In this document: positions 1-12,323 of the stretch, in pieces
Numbering within the stretch: position 1 is the first letter of the stretch
Layout: every line of letters starts with the position of its first letter
Origin: Camelus dromedarius
Taxonomy: Eukaryota
DNA: 64,000 nt
Assembly: GCF_036321535.1 (NCBI RefSeq)
Contig: NC_087437.1
Coordinates: 64,048,001-64,112,000 of the forward strand
Direction of reading: 5' to 3'
Notes under the pieces: model-generated
The model's input: the letters and a program-made list of their open reading frames with translations, nothing else
Database searches by the model: none
Told to the model about the DNA's origin: nothing
Made by a program: the position numbers and the translations under genes

Positions 1-3000
1 CCATATAATTCTAAATTTTAAGGATTTATTTCAAAAAGGCTGAAAGATGATACAGAAAAATATATGTACAGTTTATTTCTAGAGAGTGAGATTAGTGTTG
101 TTTTATTTTATTTGACAGACTCTCTGAAATTTGCAAATTTTCTCCAATAAATAGATATTCTTTCATAATTAGAGGAAAAAGTTGTTTATGTAAAAATGCC
201 TCCCAAAACAAGAAGAGAAAATCCACTTGAAAAAGTTGGCCCAGTGCAGTGAGGGAGATGGAGGAAGAGATAGTTGTAAGAGCCTGTCCATATAAAATTA
301 CACACGATTTTAAACTATCTTAACAGAAAAGTAACTTATACTTGTTTAGATAATTATAATGTAGACATATATAAAGTAAAAAAGAAGTCATCCTATAACT
401 TTTAACTTTTAACTTTTTTTTTACAATCTTCCTCTTGCTATTTGAGTATCTTTCACAAAAAGCTTTTTCAAAAAATGAGATCATATTCTACATATTGTTC
501 TATAATTTGTTCTTATGACAATATTTCATGCACAGTCCTTCTTCCTACCCCAGTCAGTATCTGTGGATTCACTTCATTCTTTTTCACAGTAGCAAGTGGT
601 AATATGGATCACTGTAAGCTACTCAATCACTTTCTATTAATGGATGTTGAGGTTCCCTTTTCAGGTCATTGCAAATGCTGATGTCACAAAGACTATCATA
701 AGTAAGTATTTTGGTAGGACAGATTCCTTGAAGTGGAATTTCTCAGTCAAAGGGAATGCAGATTTAAAATGTCTTGAAACTACTACCGGATTGCTCTTAA
801 AACTCCTGTGCTAATTTATACTCTTGCTAATAATGCGTGCATTTCCCCACATCCTAACTAAAGCCAGACTTGTATCATCAGACTATTTATTTTTTTCCAA
901 TCTGAGAAGTGGAAAAAAAGTTACCTTGTTGTTTAACTTGGAATTTTTATATGATTAGCGAAGATGGAAATTGTTTTATATGTTTCTTGGCCAAATGGGT
1001 TCATCTTTTGTAAGTTGCCCATTCATCTGTCTCTTTGGGTAAATAAACAATGCATGAGAATTATTAATCTATTGAAATCCTAGATTTAAAGTAGCTTCTT
1101 CAAATATTACAAACTGTTAACCAAGGGTAAAATGTTTCAGGCTAAACCAGGATTCTAATTTCCCAGACTCTTGTTTTGGTTTGCCTGTTTGGGTCCAAAA
1201 GTCCAAAAATATTTTTGATGTTCTTTTAAAAAAATAGACTCTCACGCCATGCTTTCCAAATAGTTCTATTACCATAATCTTCCTGGTGAAGAATCAGAGA
1301 ACAAAGTGTTGTTAGTCAGAGTCACAGGATGATTCAGTGGCAGACATGCATCTCAAGTCCATCGTTCCATCTTATTTTTCAATTATGTGCCCCACACCTT
1401 CCTTCTTCAGTACACTCCCCAGCCATCTCATTTGCTGGAATAAAGAGCCAGTTAGTATTCATAGGTTTTATTCAAATACATAAATATGGAAATTCATGAA
1501 AGAATAAAATGATCGCACATAAGCTATAAATTACTTCTTGTTCCTGTTTACATATAGTACTTTAATTACTATATACTTCTTGGCTAAAAGAACTAAGGAC
1601 TCAGAAATAATTTTCACTCCTATTGAAATTCAGTAAGAAATATGTCTTAGCACAGTGGTGCTTGCACAGAGAGAGAGACCTCAATGTGACATTGCTGCTG
1701 TGGTTTAGGAAAAAAAATAAGGTAAGCTGCAAAGAAAGGACTTTAAACTTTTATTACTGGAGAGGGTTTTAGGTGGGGGAAGTTCTCCAAATCCAAAATA
1801 TGGTTTCCCTAACTGCTATAAATACATCCGTCATTTCTTCACCGCCCCCATATGGCAGTGACCTTGTAGAATAGATGGAGTGGAGAGAAAAGCCTATTTC
1901 AGAATTGAGGAGTTGACTGTGTGCTATAGCGATACCTACTCTTTGGCTGTTTCTTGGGGGTTGGGAAATGTTCTATTAACACTGAAAAAGATGATTAAAA
2001 ATAACTATGACCATTTCTTTATTTTGTGCTACTTACTTTGCACCCATCTGATTTATTTTTCTAGCAACTCAGTACCTTAAATATTATCATTATTTTTATT
2101 TTATAGGACTAAGTCTCAGAAAACTTGGCCAAGGCCCCACAGTTAATGAATGTAAGAGCTGGGATTCAAATCCAGGCTTGCTGACTCACATGCTTGTTCT
2201 TTTCACTGTGATGCTTTGCTACCACTTGCAGTTGGTGGCAGTGAAGGCAGACCAACTGTCTTAGGCTTGTCATCTTAGGACATCTTAGGGATCCAGCCAC
2301 GTTGGGATTTGCCTTTTTTAGAAAGCTACTGTTATATGTTGGTTTGTCTTGGAGCAGAGTAGAGCACTGGGACCTGAGCATCCTGAGAGAAGATCTTGGA
2401 TCACGCTAGGGGATGATGATTACAGACAAAATCCACAGGTCTTGGAGGGAGAGGGAGGCCAAGACAAGGGAAGCCACTGAGACTGGAGACAGGGATACAA
2501 AAGCAGGAAAGAGGAGATGTCCAGTCCATGCCAAGAACCACAGCAGCCTATCAGGAGCAACATATGGAGTTGGCAAGGTTTTTCAGTGGCCAAAGGCAAC
2601 CAGGGGCAGAAAGACTGACAGAAGCTTTGGCTTCTCTTACTTCGGGAGCAAGCAGCCTGTGCAAGCCTGGAGGCTTGCTGTGAGCTAAAAGCAAGCTGAG
2701 CTGGGGATGCAGGAGCAGAGGGCATAGACGACCATAGTAGAGACTAAGTTGCAAGTTGATTTGCCTGACACACCCATCTTACCATTTCAGCTTGAGTTTT
2801 GGACTCATATTCCTGGAACGATTAGCCTATCAATTCCATGATTCATTCCCACTTAGCCACAGCTGATTGGACCATCTGACCAAAGATGCTGGCCAGCAGT
2901 CAATCAGGCTCTCTAAATTTGCTCTAAGAAATACAGTGAGCTGGTCAGATACCATGTGTGTGGAGCTGCAAGGTCATGTAGAGGGTAGGCCAGAGAGTTT

Positions 3001-3735
3001 ATGAAGTGCCACACACAGCCCCAAATGACAGGGGCGCAGACGTTTAGAACATAGCCAAGAAAGCCCAAGAGAAATGACTATGTCTCCTTAGAGGGAGATG
3101 GGGCAGGTAATTTATTTTTATGGTTTCCATTGAGGATAGGCTATTTCTTACAATTATATCTCTATAAGGCTCCCCTCAGTCTTGATAACAAACCTTCTTT
3201 CTATGAGTTTCTTAGGGTGGGTTTCTTCTCTTATGAACAATTGCTAACCCAGACACTGATTTATGAATAAGAATGCCTTGTATTCATGAACAAGGGGACA
3301 ATCCTTCCCAATGAGAATTCTTATGTTCACATATGTGGGAAATGGAATTAGTCATTAGAATGTGGCTTTGTGATCAGGGTGTCAGAGCACAGTGTGTTGG
3401 GTCATTTCATAAGGAGTTTGGCTCAGGCTAAGGCAGCAGCTGGAGAATGTTTCTTCCTGGGGAAACAGAGGGAAGTAAACAATTTTTGAGCATCTACAAA
3501 GGGACCCTTGGATGCTATATAGGATTATATCGTTTAATTCTCTCAACACATTATTTAGTCATAGAAAGAATCTGAAACTCCAAGGGGTTAACTAAACTGC
3601 ACAACGTTAAAAAAAAAATTGAAAAGAAACACAGTTGGGAATCAAAGTCAGGGCATTTTTCCTTTTGGGCATCCAGTCCCCCAGGGACCAAAATACTAGC
3701 AGCCACCCGTGACAGCCCCCGTGCTCCCGGGACAG

Positions 3736-4093
3736 TGTGATAGCTAATGTTATATGTCAACTTGGCTGGGCCACAGTGTTGGGTAGTTGGTCAAACATTA
3801 TTCTGTGATGGTGTTTTTTGCATGAAGTTTACATTTAAATCTGTGAACTTTGAGAAGAGTAGGTTGAGAAGGACCTCATCCAATTAGTGGAAGGTTTAAA
3901 TAGAACAAAGACTGACCTCCTCTGAGGAAAAAGGAATTCTACCAGCAGATCTTCAGGCTTGAACTGCAGAATTGACTCTTTCCTGGGTCTCCAGCCTGCA
4001 GCCCACCCTGCAGATATACTTCTCTCTCTACCTGTATCTCTCTAACCTTCTATCCTATTGGTTCTGTATCTCTGGACAATCCTAAATAACACA
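3736..4093 (+). mobile_element. MLT2-like (ERVL) solo LTR
   Basis: Begins tgtgatagctaatgttatatgtcaacttggctgggccac, ends ctattggttctgtatctctgg...aca; 5-bp TSD gacag/ggcag. Confidence 0.8.
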
Positions 4094-4899
4094 GGCAGTG
4101 ATGGATAACTACTGCTAGATTCCCTTTTTAGTCTGAATGAGTTAGGGCTACTTCTAACATCTTAGACTCATAGAGAAAAGCACTCGAAACCACAAAATAG
4201 GGTAAGTTACAGAAACTCCCTTCCCTTGTATATTAAACCTCATTAGGTTCTATGTTACAGTGACTTTCCTGACCTTGTCTTCAGATTCCAGCTTAGCTCA
4301 GTGTTTCAAATAGTGGGAATATATAAATTCAGCAGGATATTACTTGTCATCCTTTAACACCAGCAATAATAAGTACTGATTCTGGGCCTATATTCTTCGG
4401 CACAATCGCAAATCTTCATAACCTCTATCCACATACAGATGTCATTGATACCTGCAAGTGCCAGAGAAGAAATGTTAATTTGAAGACTTTAAGCAGCTGT
4501 AATTTGTTTGAAGATGATGGACTGAATCACAAATCAAGCTAAAGGTGGGCTTTGACTCTTCATTAGTACACAAAATTGTTGGAGAGATGTGGGGAGGGTG
4601 AGCCAAAGCTGAAACCTCTGATCAGTCAGTCAATTATACATTTTCTATTTTGAAACATTATTGGTTTTGTCATTTTGAAACACTATTTCCTCATTTCAGG
4701 TAACCGATACCTCTTTGGGCAGGAAGACTGAGGAGCAGATGGATAGCATTTATTAAAATTGTACTGTGAACCTTGTGGCAGACAACAGTGATATTACTTG
4801 GATTACAAGAATGCCCATGTTTTAATAAAATAAAATTAGTATTAATAGTAATATAATTATTGTTTCATGTATTTCAAAATAAAAGGCAACTGATAAATA

Positions 4900-6000
4900 A
4901 TGGAATTCATAGATTAAAGGAAAAATTGTCATAGAGATTGACTGTTAAAATGGTACAACAATGAAACCACCTCTTGCAAAAACTTAGTGATGCAGACAAA
5001 TAGAACTAGAAGAAATAACTATACTATATGATGGTTTATGTTGGAAAAAAAGGGATGGTAAATTAATGAGCAAAGTGTTCAATTCGAGAAATTAGAAAAA
5101 GGGTAATAGAATGAACACACCAAAGAACAGAAGGAAGAAAAAAAGTAAGATAAAACCAGAAATTACTAAAAATAGAACACAAACACTATAATGATCAACA
5201 AAACCAACACAGAGTCTCTGAAAGGCTAATTTAAAAAAGATAAACTTCTTATAGTCCTGATCAAAGGGGGAAAACAGAGCAAGAAAACCCACAAATGAAT
5301 AATATCATCAATGAAAAGGGTAACCTAACTACAAACCCAATGTAGATTTCAAAACACATTGGGGAATAATATAAATGAATGTCATGCCAATAATTCTGAA
5401 AATATAGTTGAAATGGAAATTTTTTAGGAAAAAAACACCAAAATTGTCTAGAGAAGGAATAGAACACCTAGATAAACTAATAATTAACACAAAATTGTAT
5501 CAGTGATCAAAAATTGACCCTCCCAAAGGCATGAAGCCTAGATTTTTTTTTAACTTTTTATTTGAAATAATCTTGAATTACAGAAAAGTCACAGAAATAA
5601 TAGAGTTCTTGCATAATCTTTACCCAGCTTCCCCTACTGCTAACAGTTTACATCACTAAGGTACAATTATTAAAACCCAGAATTTAACATTGGTGTAATC
5701 ACTAAAAAGCTACAGACTTATAGAGAGTTTTATACTAGTTTCCCCATGAATGTATTTCTGTCCTGGAATTCAGTCCAGTATCCCACATTGCATTTAGTAA
5801 CCATCTCTCCTTAGTCTCCTCCATCTGTGACATTTCCTCAGTCTTTTCTCATTTTCATGACCTTGGTACTTTTGAAAAGTACCATTAAGTTATTTTGTAA
5901 AATGTCCCTCAATTTGGGTTTGATTGTTGTTTTCTTGATTAGATTGAGCTTACACATTTTTGGCAAGAATATCCCAGAAGTCATGTTGTGTCTTTCTCAG
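4900..6000. mobile_element. Degenerate L1M fragments (plus-strand ORF2 piece ~4900-5540; minus-strand L1MC-like end ~5545-6000)
   Basis: A-rich ORF2-like sequence followed by a T-run and acccagcttcccc-type 3'UTR. Confidence 0.6.
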
Positions 6001-6279
6001 TCTATCAGACTTCGAGTGTGTATAAATACTGATACCCATTTTACTCTGGGGGGTTTCCCAGTTCACTGGATCCAGGGACATCTCCTGATTGTAGCTAAGG
6101 AGCTCAGCCTTGATCATTTCCTTGGACTCTGACCCTTGCAGGCACTCCTAAATTCATCTCTCACACACCTTTCCTAATGTGGAACTCAGCAGAGAGGAGC
6201 CCACCTTCTCAGACAATTGACTTTGAAGGGTCAATGCCTGAGACTGTTGGGATAGAAGAGGCCAACCAGGAGGGGTTCC

Positions 6280-6960
6280 GTGGAGATGAGCTCTGTGATT
6301 CCATATTCAGTGGGATTAGGTTAAAGTGGTATAGATTGAGTCAGAGGTGAAGTGATGTGTTAGGGGTCAGATGATAGGGATGGGCCCAGTGACAGAAAGT
6401 GAGGTCTGGTGGGTGAAAAAGAGTTCAGGTCTGAGTGTGCTTCAGGGAGAGAGAAGACAAGGCAAATGATGGAGGTGAAAGATTGCCCATTAAGAATGAG
6501 GGATCCAATGGAATGAAATGATTTGGTGGCAGAGAGGTGCACAGTGATGAGGGTGAAAGAAAGGAGAGAAAGAGGGTGGTTGAGACTGATGGCCAAAGGG
6601 ACCCTGGTGACAGAGAGAAGGCCTGTACTGGGTGGGAGAGAAGGAGGAAGGGAAAAGTTGGGGGGAGGGGGTCAAAAAGTAGAGAGGACTCTGGTGGCAA
6701 ATATGAGAAAGCTGATGATGGAGTAAGAAAACGATAAACCCAGTGGCAAGGAGGGCTTCGAGGTGGAGGAAATAAGGGCATTGGTAGGAGTGGAAAAAAA
6801 GGTAAGTGAAGACAGGGAGCAATGGTGGAGTGGCAGCAGGGAGAAGACAGTGACAGGTGAAAGGAGTGAATGAGGTGGAGTTAGGGTGCAGCCTGAGGGA
6901 GCGAGACAGTGAGCGTAGAGGTCAGAGCCGAGATGGAGCACAAGGCTGAGATGCTGCTGA
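6280..6960 (-). mobile_element. Ancient L2 fragment
   Basis: Strongly purine-rich plus strand; minus-strand Pro/Ser/Leu-rich frames with a VYR motif, reminiscent of L2 ORF. Confidence 0.5.
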
Positions 6961-7806
6961 GGGGCAGTGTTCCGGGGCTCCCACAGAAACACTGCTAAGG
7001 GGTATTCCAGACACTGTGGTGAGAACAGAGTCAGAGGTGGCACAGTCAGAGGAACTGTGGCAGCCAAGGGGGACTAGAGGGAGCATCACCTTCTATGCGC
7101 TCAGTCACTGACCCAGTGGCTGCCTTCATCAGGGTATTTGCCCAGGGGGCCGCCAGAGACGGAAGAGGGAGCTGCACCAGAAGCTGTCCTGCCAGGGAGG
7201 AAGCACCAGAAGCTGAAATCCTCTCACCCTCAAGCATCACTCTTGAGAAATTCCCTCACATGTACCCAAGAGGATGTGCTCAAGAATGCTCGCCTCAGCA
7301 CTGTTTGTCAGCGCAAAACTAAACTTCAGTTGTAGAATAAAACAGACGGCAGTGGTATTTGTATGCCTCAGGACCACACGTATTAACAAGAGAAAAAAAT
7401 CTCCAAAAAAATTAAATAAAAAAGTAAGTCACAAAAGGATACAAAGAGTATGATATCAATTATATAAAGTTTAAAATCTGCAAAGCAATACTATTGTTTT
7501 GGATGCACGTACAGGTAGTAAAAGCATAAACACCAACCTGGGAATGGTAAACATGAAATTCAGGATGACGGTGTCTGGGGAGTAGAAGAATGGAGCGGAA
7601 CAGAGTCAGGAAAGTGCCTTCAACTGTGTAAGATTTAAGTGAGGAATGGACACAGTGATGCTCTTCATAATCTTTTAATGCCTTTTTATATATTATGAAA
7701 TAAATTTTTTTAAAGAATAAATGTAGAGGCTTGTAATTTATTATATTATTCTCTGCTTTTCTGGAATGTGAAGCTTTTTCAAATTAATAAAATACCATAT
7801 TTTAAT

Positions 7807-8097
7807 TAATTTTTAAAATTTCTATTTTTTTATATATTTTTTGAGTTATAGTCATTTTGCAATGTTGTGTCAAATTCCAGTGTAGAGCACAACTTTTCAG
7901 TTATACATGAACATACATACATTCATTGTCACATTTTTTTCGCTGTGAGCCACCACAAGATCTTATATATATTTCCCTGTGCTATACAGTATAATCTTGT
8001 TTATCCATTATACATTTTGAAATCCCAGTCTGTCCATTCCCACCCCTCTCCCCTTTGGCAACCATAAGTTTGTATTCTATAGTCTATTTCTATTTTG
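7807..8097 (-). mobile_element. Short L1 3' end, minus strand
   Basis: Reverse-complement L1 3'UTR; TSD aaataccatattttaat / aaataccacattttaat. Confidence 0.8.
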
Positions 8098-8509
8098 AAA
8101 TACCACATTTTAATATAAACTCCACATGTATAACTTCCCCTTTCTTGTCATCTGTATTTTACTACTCATATGAATTGAAGGGAAGATGGAATTATTTCAA
8201 AAGTAGTGAACCAAGGCCTCCTCTGCTAAGAACCAGAACTTGAAATAAATTAGGTTTGGTTCAATCTGGTGTATTAATTGGATTTAATTATTTATAAGCT
8301 AAATGTCATGAGGGTCCATGATCCTTAAAAGAACTAATCACATTTCAAAGGGCATTGAATGTAATAAAGTTGCATAATCTAATTGCCAGCACATTATCTG
8401 AGAGTCTGTAGAGGTAGTGGTCTATTTGACATTCTAGAAACTAGCCCAGACTTTTGCATCGAAACTTGTACAGTGTCATTTGATATCTATGGAGACGAAA
8501 CAAAGACTT

Positions 8510-8546
8510 CACACGCACACACATACACACAAACACACACACACAT
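8510..8546. repeat. Imperfect (CA)n microsatellite
   Basis: Seen directly. Confidence 0.9.
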
Positions 8547-9271
8547 TTCATGAGGATACATGCATATTTAACAACATATATCAGATGCATTGGTGGATAA
8601 CAATCTGGGGGGGAGTGGAGATGAATGGATACAAATACAATGATATAAAACTACAAAGGGGCCTCATGTAGACTGATAATAATTTGCTATGAAATGAGAA
8701 GTAAGGCTAAACCAGCTCTCAGCACTTGAGATTACAAAAAAACTCAACGCACAAAGAAGCAAAACAAAACAACCTGGATCCTTTAAGATGCTTATAAATT
8801 AGAGGGAAAAAAGATTTTGTAACATGAATGTGATAGCTTGGAAGGTGCTAAGAACTTCCGAATTTTTAGCTAGAGAAACAGTATGTAATCTCTCACCTCA
8901 TGAGTGTGTTCACCCTAATGCATTAGTAATTTGGTTGCCAAACAACTTTTTTCCTGAAGAGGGGAAAAGACGATCATAACATGTTCCGTGTAAGGTAGTA
9001 TATTACCATTTTCATGCATTCATCTCTCTTACTGTTGCATTTGGCTACAGGTGAAGAACCAAGGCATACAGGTTAGAGAGAAGCCGTAGGGACAAAAAGT
9101 GAGCTCTGGTGTCAGATGTCACAGCCCTGGCTGGGTAAACAGCAGCCCTTCTTTCCTGTTGGAATGAAAAGAATGTAAAGGCAAATACCCAAATGATGCT
9201 GCATATAACACATAAGGATCCAGGCTGAGTGAATGTCTGATGCTAATTATGTTACTAAAAGCAGAACACAT

Positions 9272-9360
9272 GGGGGGAGGGTATAGCTCAGTGGTAGAAT
9301 GCATCCTTAGCATGCACGAGGTCCTGGGTTCAATCTCTACTAATTCCATTAAAAAAAAAT
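9272..9360 (+). mobile_element. tRNA-derived SINE (camelid vic-1-like)
   Basis: Head ggggagggtatagctcagtggtaga...gggttcaat with Pol III A/B boxes, A tail, TSD taaaagcagaa. Confidence 0.85.
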
Positions 9361-10967
9361 TAAAAGCAGAATATGTAGACCAAGATTATTCACAGTTAAT
9401 GTGACATGACACCAGCCCTCTTAGGGGAGAATTTAAGGTTTTCTGTGTTAAAATGCAGTTTATTTTAGACAAGACAGGGCAGGCTCAATACAATAAAGTT
9501 TAATGTATCACTCATATCATGGTCCAGTGTCTTGGGCTGCTCCCTCAGCAGCAACTCTTCAAAGGGGGGCCCAGGGGTCATGGTTCCTTCATCTGGAACA
9601 CATGGCATCCAAGGGAAGAGAGAGCTGGAGGATCACTAAGGACGTTTTAAGAGCCACACTGAAGGTGGCTTCTATTGCTCCCTTCTATCTTACTGGACAG
9701 AAAAGCCAGTAACAGACCCCACAGCATAACAGCAAGGAAGACTGGGAAACACAGTCCTCCTGATCATCTAAGAGCAAACAGAATGAGGAATCCCTGTGCT
9801 CCTCTGCCAGACAATCAGTATCAGGAAAATTACTGAAGAAATCAGAAATTGATACCTTCTGATGCTTGTGACAAAAGACAATATAGACGCAAAACGCAAA
9901 TCATCAAAACAACTAATCCTGATTTTTCAGGTTGATCTCGACAGCCAATCTCAAAATAAAAAGAGCAAAAATCCAGCCTAATTTTCCCCTAGTTATGCAG
10001 GAGCTCAGTAAAATTATAGAATTTATGGTAATCCTGATGGGACAGATCTGACAGTAGTAAATAAACGTTGTATTCCATTAAGGTCCATTACTCTATATCT
10101 TTCAAAGTGTCGTTTTTGAAGCCAACAAGGTAATTTCATTTCGGTGAAAAAAGAATTCAAAATTCAATCATTTATTTGGATGTGAATTTTAAAGAGAAGA
10201 AAAAGAAGGAAAAAATTAATTGTACATAGTAGCAAAACTGAAAAAAAAAAAAAAAAAACCACCGCCTGGCTTCCCTCTGGCCTCCACAAAGCTCAGAAAA
10301 AAAATAACCAGTATTAGGAATTCAAAATGACCAGGAAACCAAAAGGATGCTTTTCTCAACATAACCTGCAAAAGCCCTGGGAGTTGCAGAGGTGCCCTCC
10401 TTGCCCTCCTGACTTACAGCTGACCAATCTGCAGACAGAGGGCCTCGCCACTGAGAGTGGCGGTTCTCAACCTTTTCTGGCATTATGGACACCACTGCTG
10501 CTAGTACCACTACTACTGCGACTCCTACCCCTCCTATCGCCATGCACTGTGCTCTGCACATACTCGGACTTTCTATGTTAATGTCCAAAACAACCCCGTA
10601 TGGAGAAATCACTATGATGTCCTTAGTGCAGAAGAAGAAACAAAGGCACAGAGAGGTCCAGGTGACTTGCCCAAGGTCGCACAACTAGTTACTAGCAGCC
10701 TGGAGTCGGGACTGTGACCCAGGTCGGCCTGTTCTTGAGCTTGCTTAAGCCCTTGGCAGCTCTGCCTCACTGGCACTCTGAGAGTGCATAACCATAATTA
10801 CTGATATGCTTTATTAGACAATGCTCATTATGAATACTGGCTAACACCAAAAAATAGAACGAAAATGAAAAGCCCCTGTCAATCTAGACTTGGGAGGTAA
10901 CAGCTACTAATTTATTGTTGTACTTCTGTCAACCTTCTTAAACACCCTTGGGTCAAAGCAGAGGTCC

Positions 10968-11945
10968 TTTTTTTAACCGCTTTGTTGAAATGTAATTCAC
11001 ACACACCACATAATTCTCCTATTTAAAGCCTATGGATTCAGTGGGTTTTAGTACCTGCACAGAGTTGTACAATCATCACTACTACCTAATTTTGGAATTT
11101 CTGGTCTCTCCAAAAAAAGCTCCACATCCATTCCCCAACCCTCTTACCTCCCAGCTCTGGGCAACCACTAATCTACTTTCTGTCCCCATAGAGTTGCCCA
11201 TTCTGGACATTTCATATAAATAGTGATACAATGTGTGGCCCTTTGTGACTGGCTTCTTTCACTTAGAATGATGTTGACAAAGTTCATCCCTGCAGTAGCA
11301 TGTGTCAGGACTTCATTCCATTGAATAGTATTTCATGGTATGCGTATTCCATTTTGTTTATCTAGTCATCTGCTGATGGACATTTGGCTTTTTGTACTTT
11401 TTAGCAACTATATATAATGCTGCTTTGAACATTCACATACAGGAGGAATGGAATTTTGGGCTTTTAAGGTAACTGTTAAACTTTTTGAGGAACTTCCAAA
11501 TTATCTTTCAAAGCAGGTGCACCAGTTTACATTCCCAGCACAATGAATGAGAGTTCCAATTGCTCCAGATCCTTGCAAATGTTAGTTGCCTGTCTTTTGA
11601 TTATAGCCAACCTTGTGAGTGTAAAGTTGTATCTCATTGTGGTTTTGATTTTCATTTCCCTAATAACTAGCAATGGGGAGCATCTTTTCATATCTTCTTT
11701 GGAGTAATTACTTAAATCCTCTATTTAAAAAATTGGGTTATTTCCTCTTATTGTTGAGTTACGAGTTCCTTATATATTCTGGATACAAGTCTCTTAACAG
11801 ATATCTGATTTGCAAATATTTTCTCATATTCTGTGGTTGTTTTTCACTTTTCTTGATGGTATCTTTTGAAGAAAAAAACTTAAATTTTGACAAAGTCCAG
11901 TTTATCTATTTTTTCTTCTATTGCTTGTACTTTTTATGTCATATA
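10968..11945 (-). mobile_element. Old L1M (L1MB-like) 3' region
   Basis: ggcaaccactaatctactttctgtccccatagagttgccc and tatctcattgtggttttgatt motifs typical of antisense L1M. Confidence 0.8.
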
Positions 11946-12124
11946 TAAGAAAGTCAAGCCTTGTATTTAATAAAAATATTTTTAAACAAATCAGGATCAT
12001 ATTAGATAAAACATTTTGTATCCAGATTTTTTTCCCACATCATATTCCATCACAGGCATTTTCACCTGTAATTTATCCAAATTTGTTCCCAAAATTTTAC
12101 TCGAAGGTTATGCTGTTTAGTTTT

Positions 12125-12323
12125 TTTCTTAATTTTTCAATTATTCTTTTTTTTTGAGCATTCTTTTTTTTACAATTTCACATTTTTATTTATTTATTTT
12201 TACTTATTTTGGGGGGCAGGTAATTAGGCTTTTATTTATTTCTGATAGAGGTACTGGGGATTGAACCCAAGACCTTGTGCATGCTAGGTGCATCCTCTAC
12301 CACTAAGCTATACCTCCTTCCCC
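12125..12323 (-). mobile_element. tRNA-derived SINE (vic-1-like) with long A-rich tail
   Basis: Reverse-complement head at about 12245-12323; TSD tgctgtttagtttt / tgctatttagtttt. Confidence 0.85.

Noticed and set aside
9272..9345. tRNA-Ala-like gene (also at 12245, 48210, 50310, 50571, 59096)
   Set aside because: Mutually divergent copies with A tails and TSDs: SINEs, not tRNA genes
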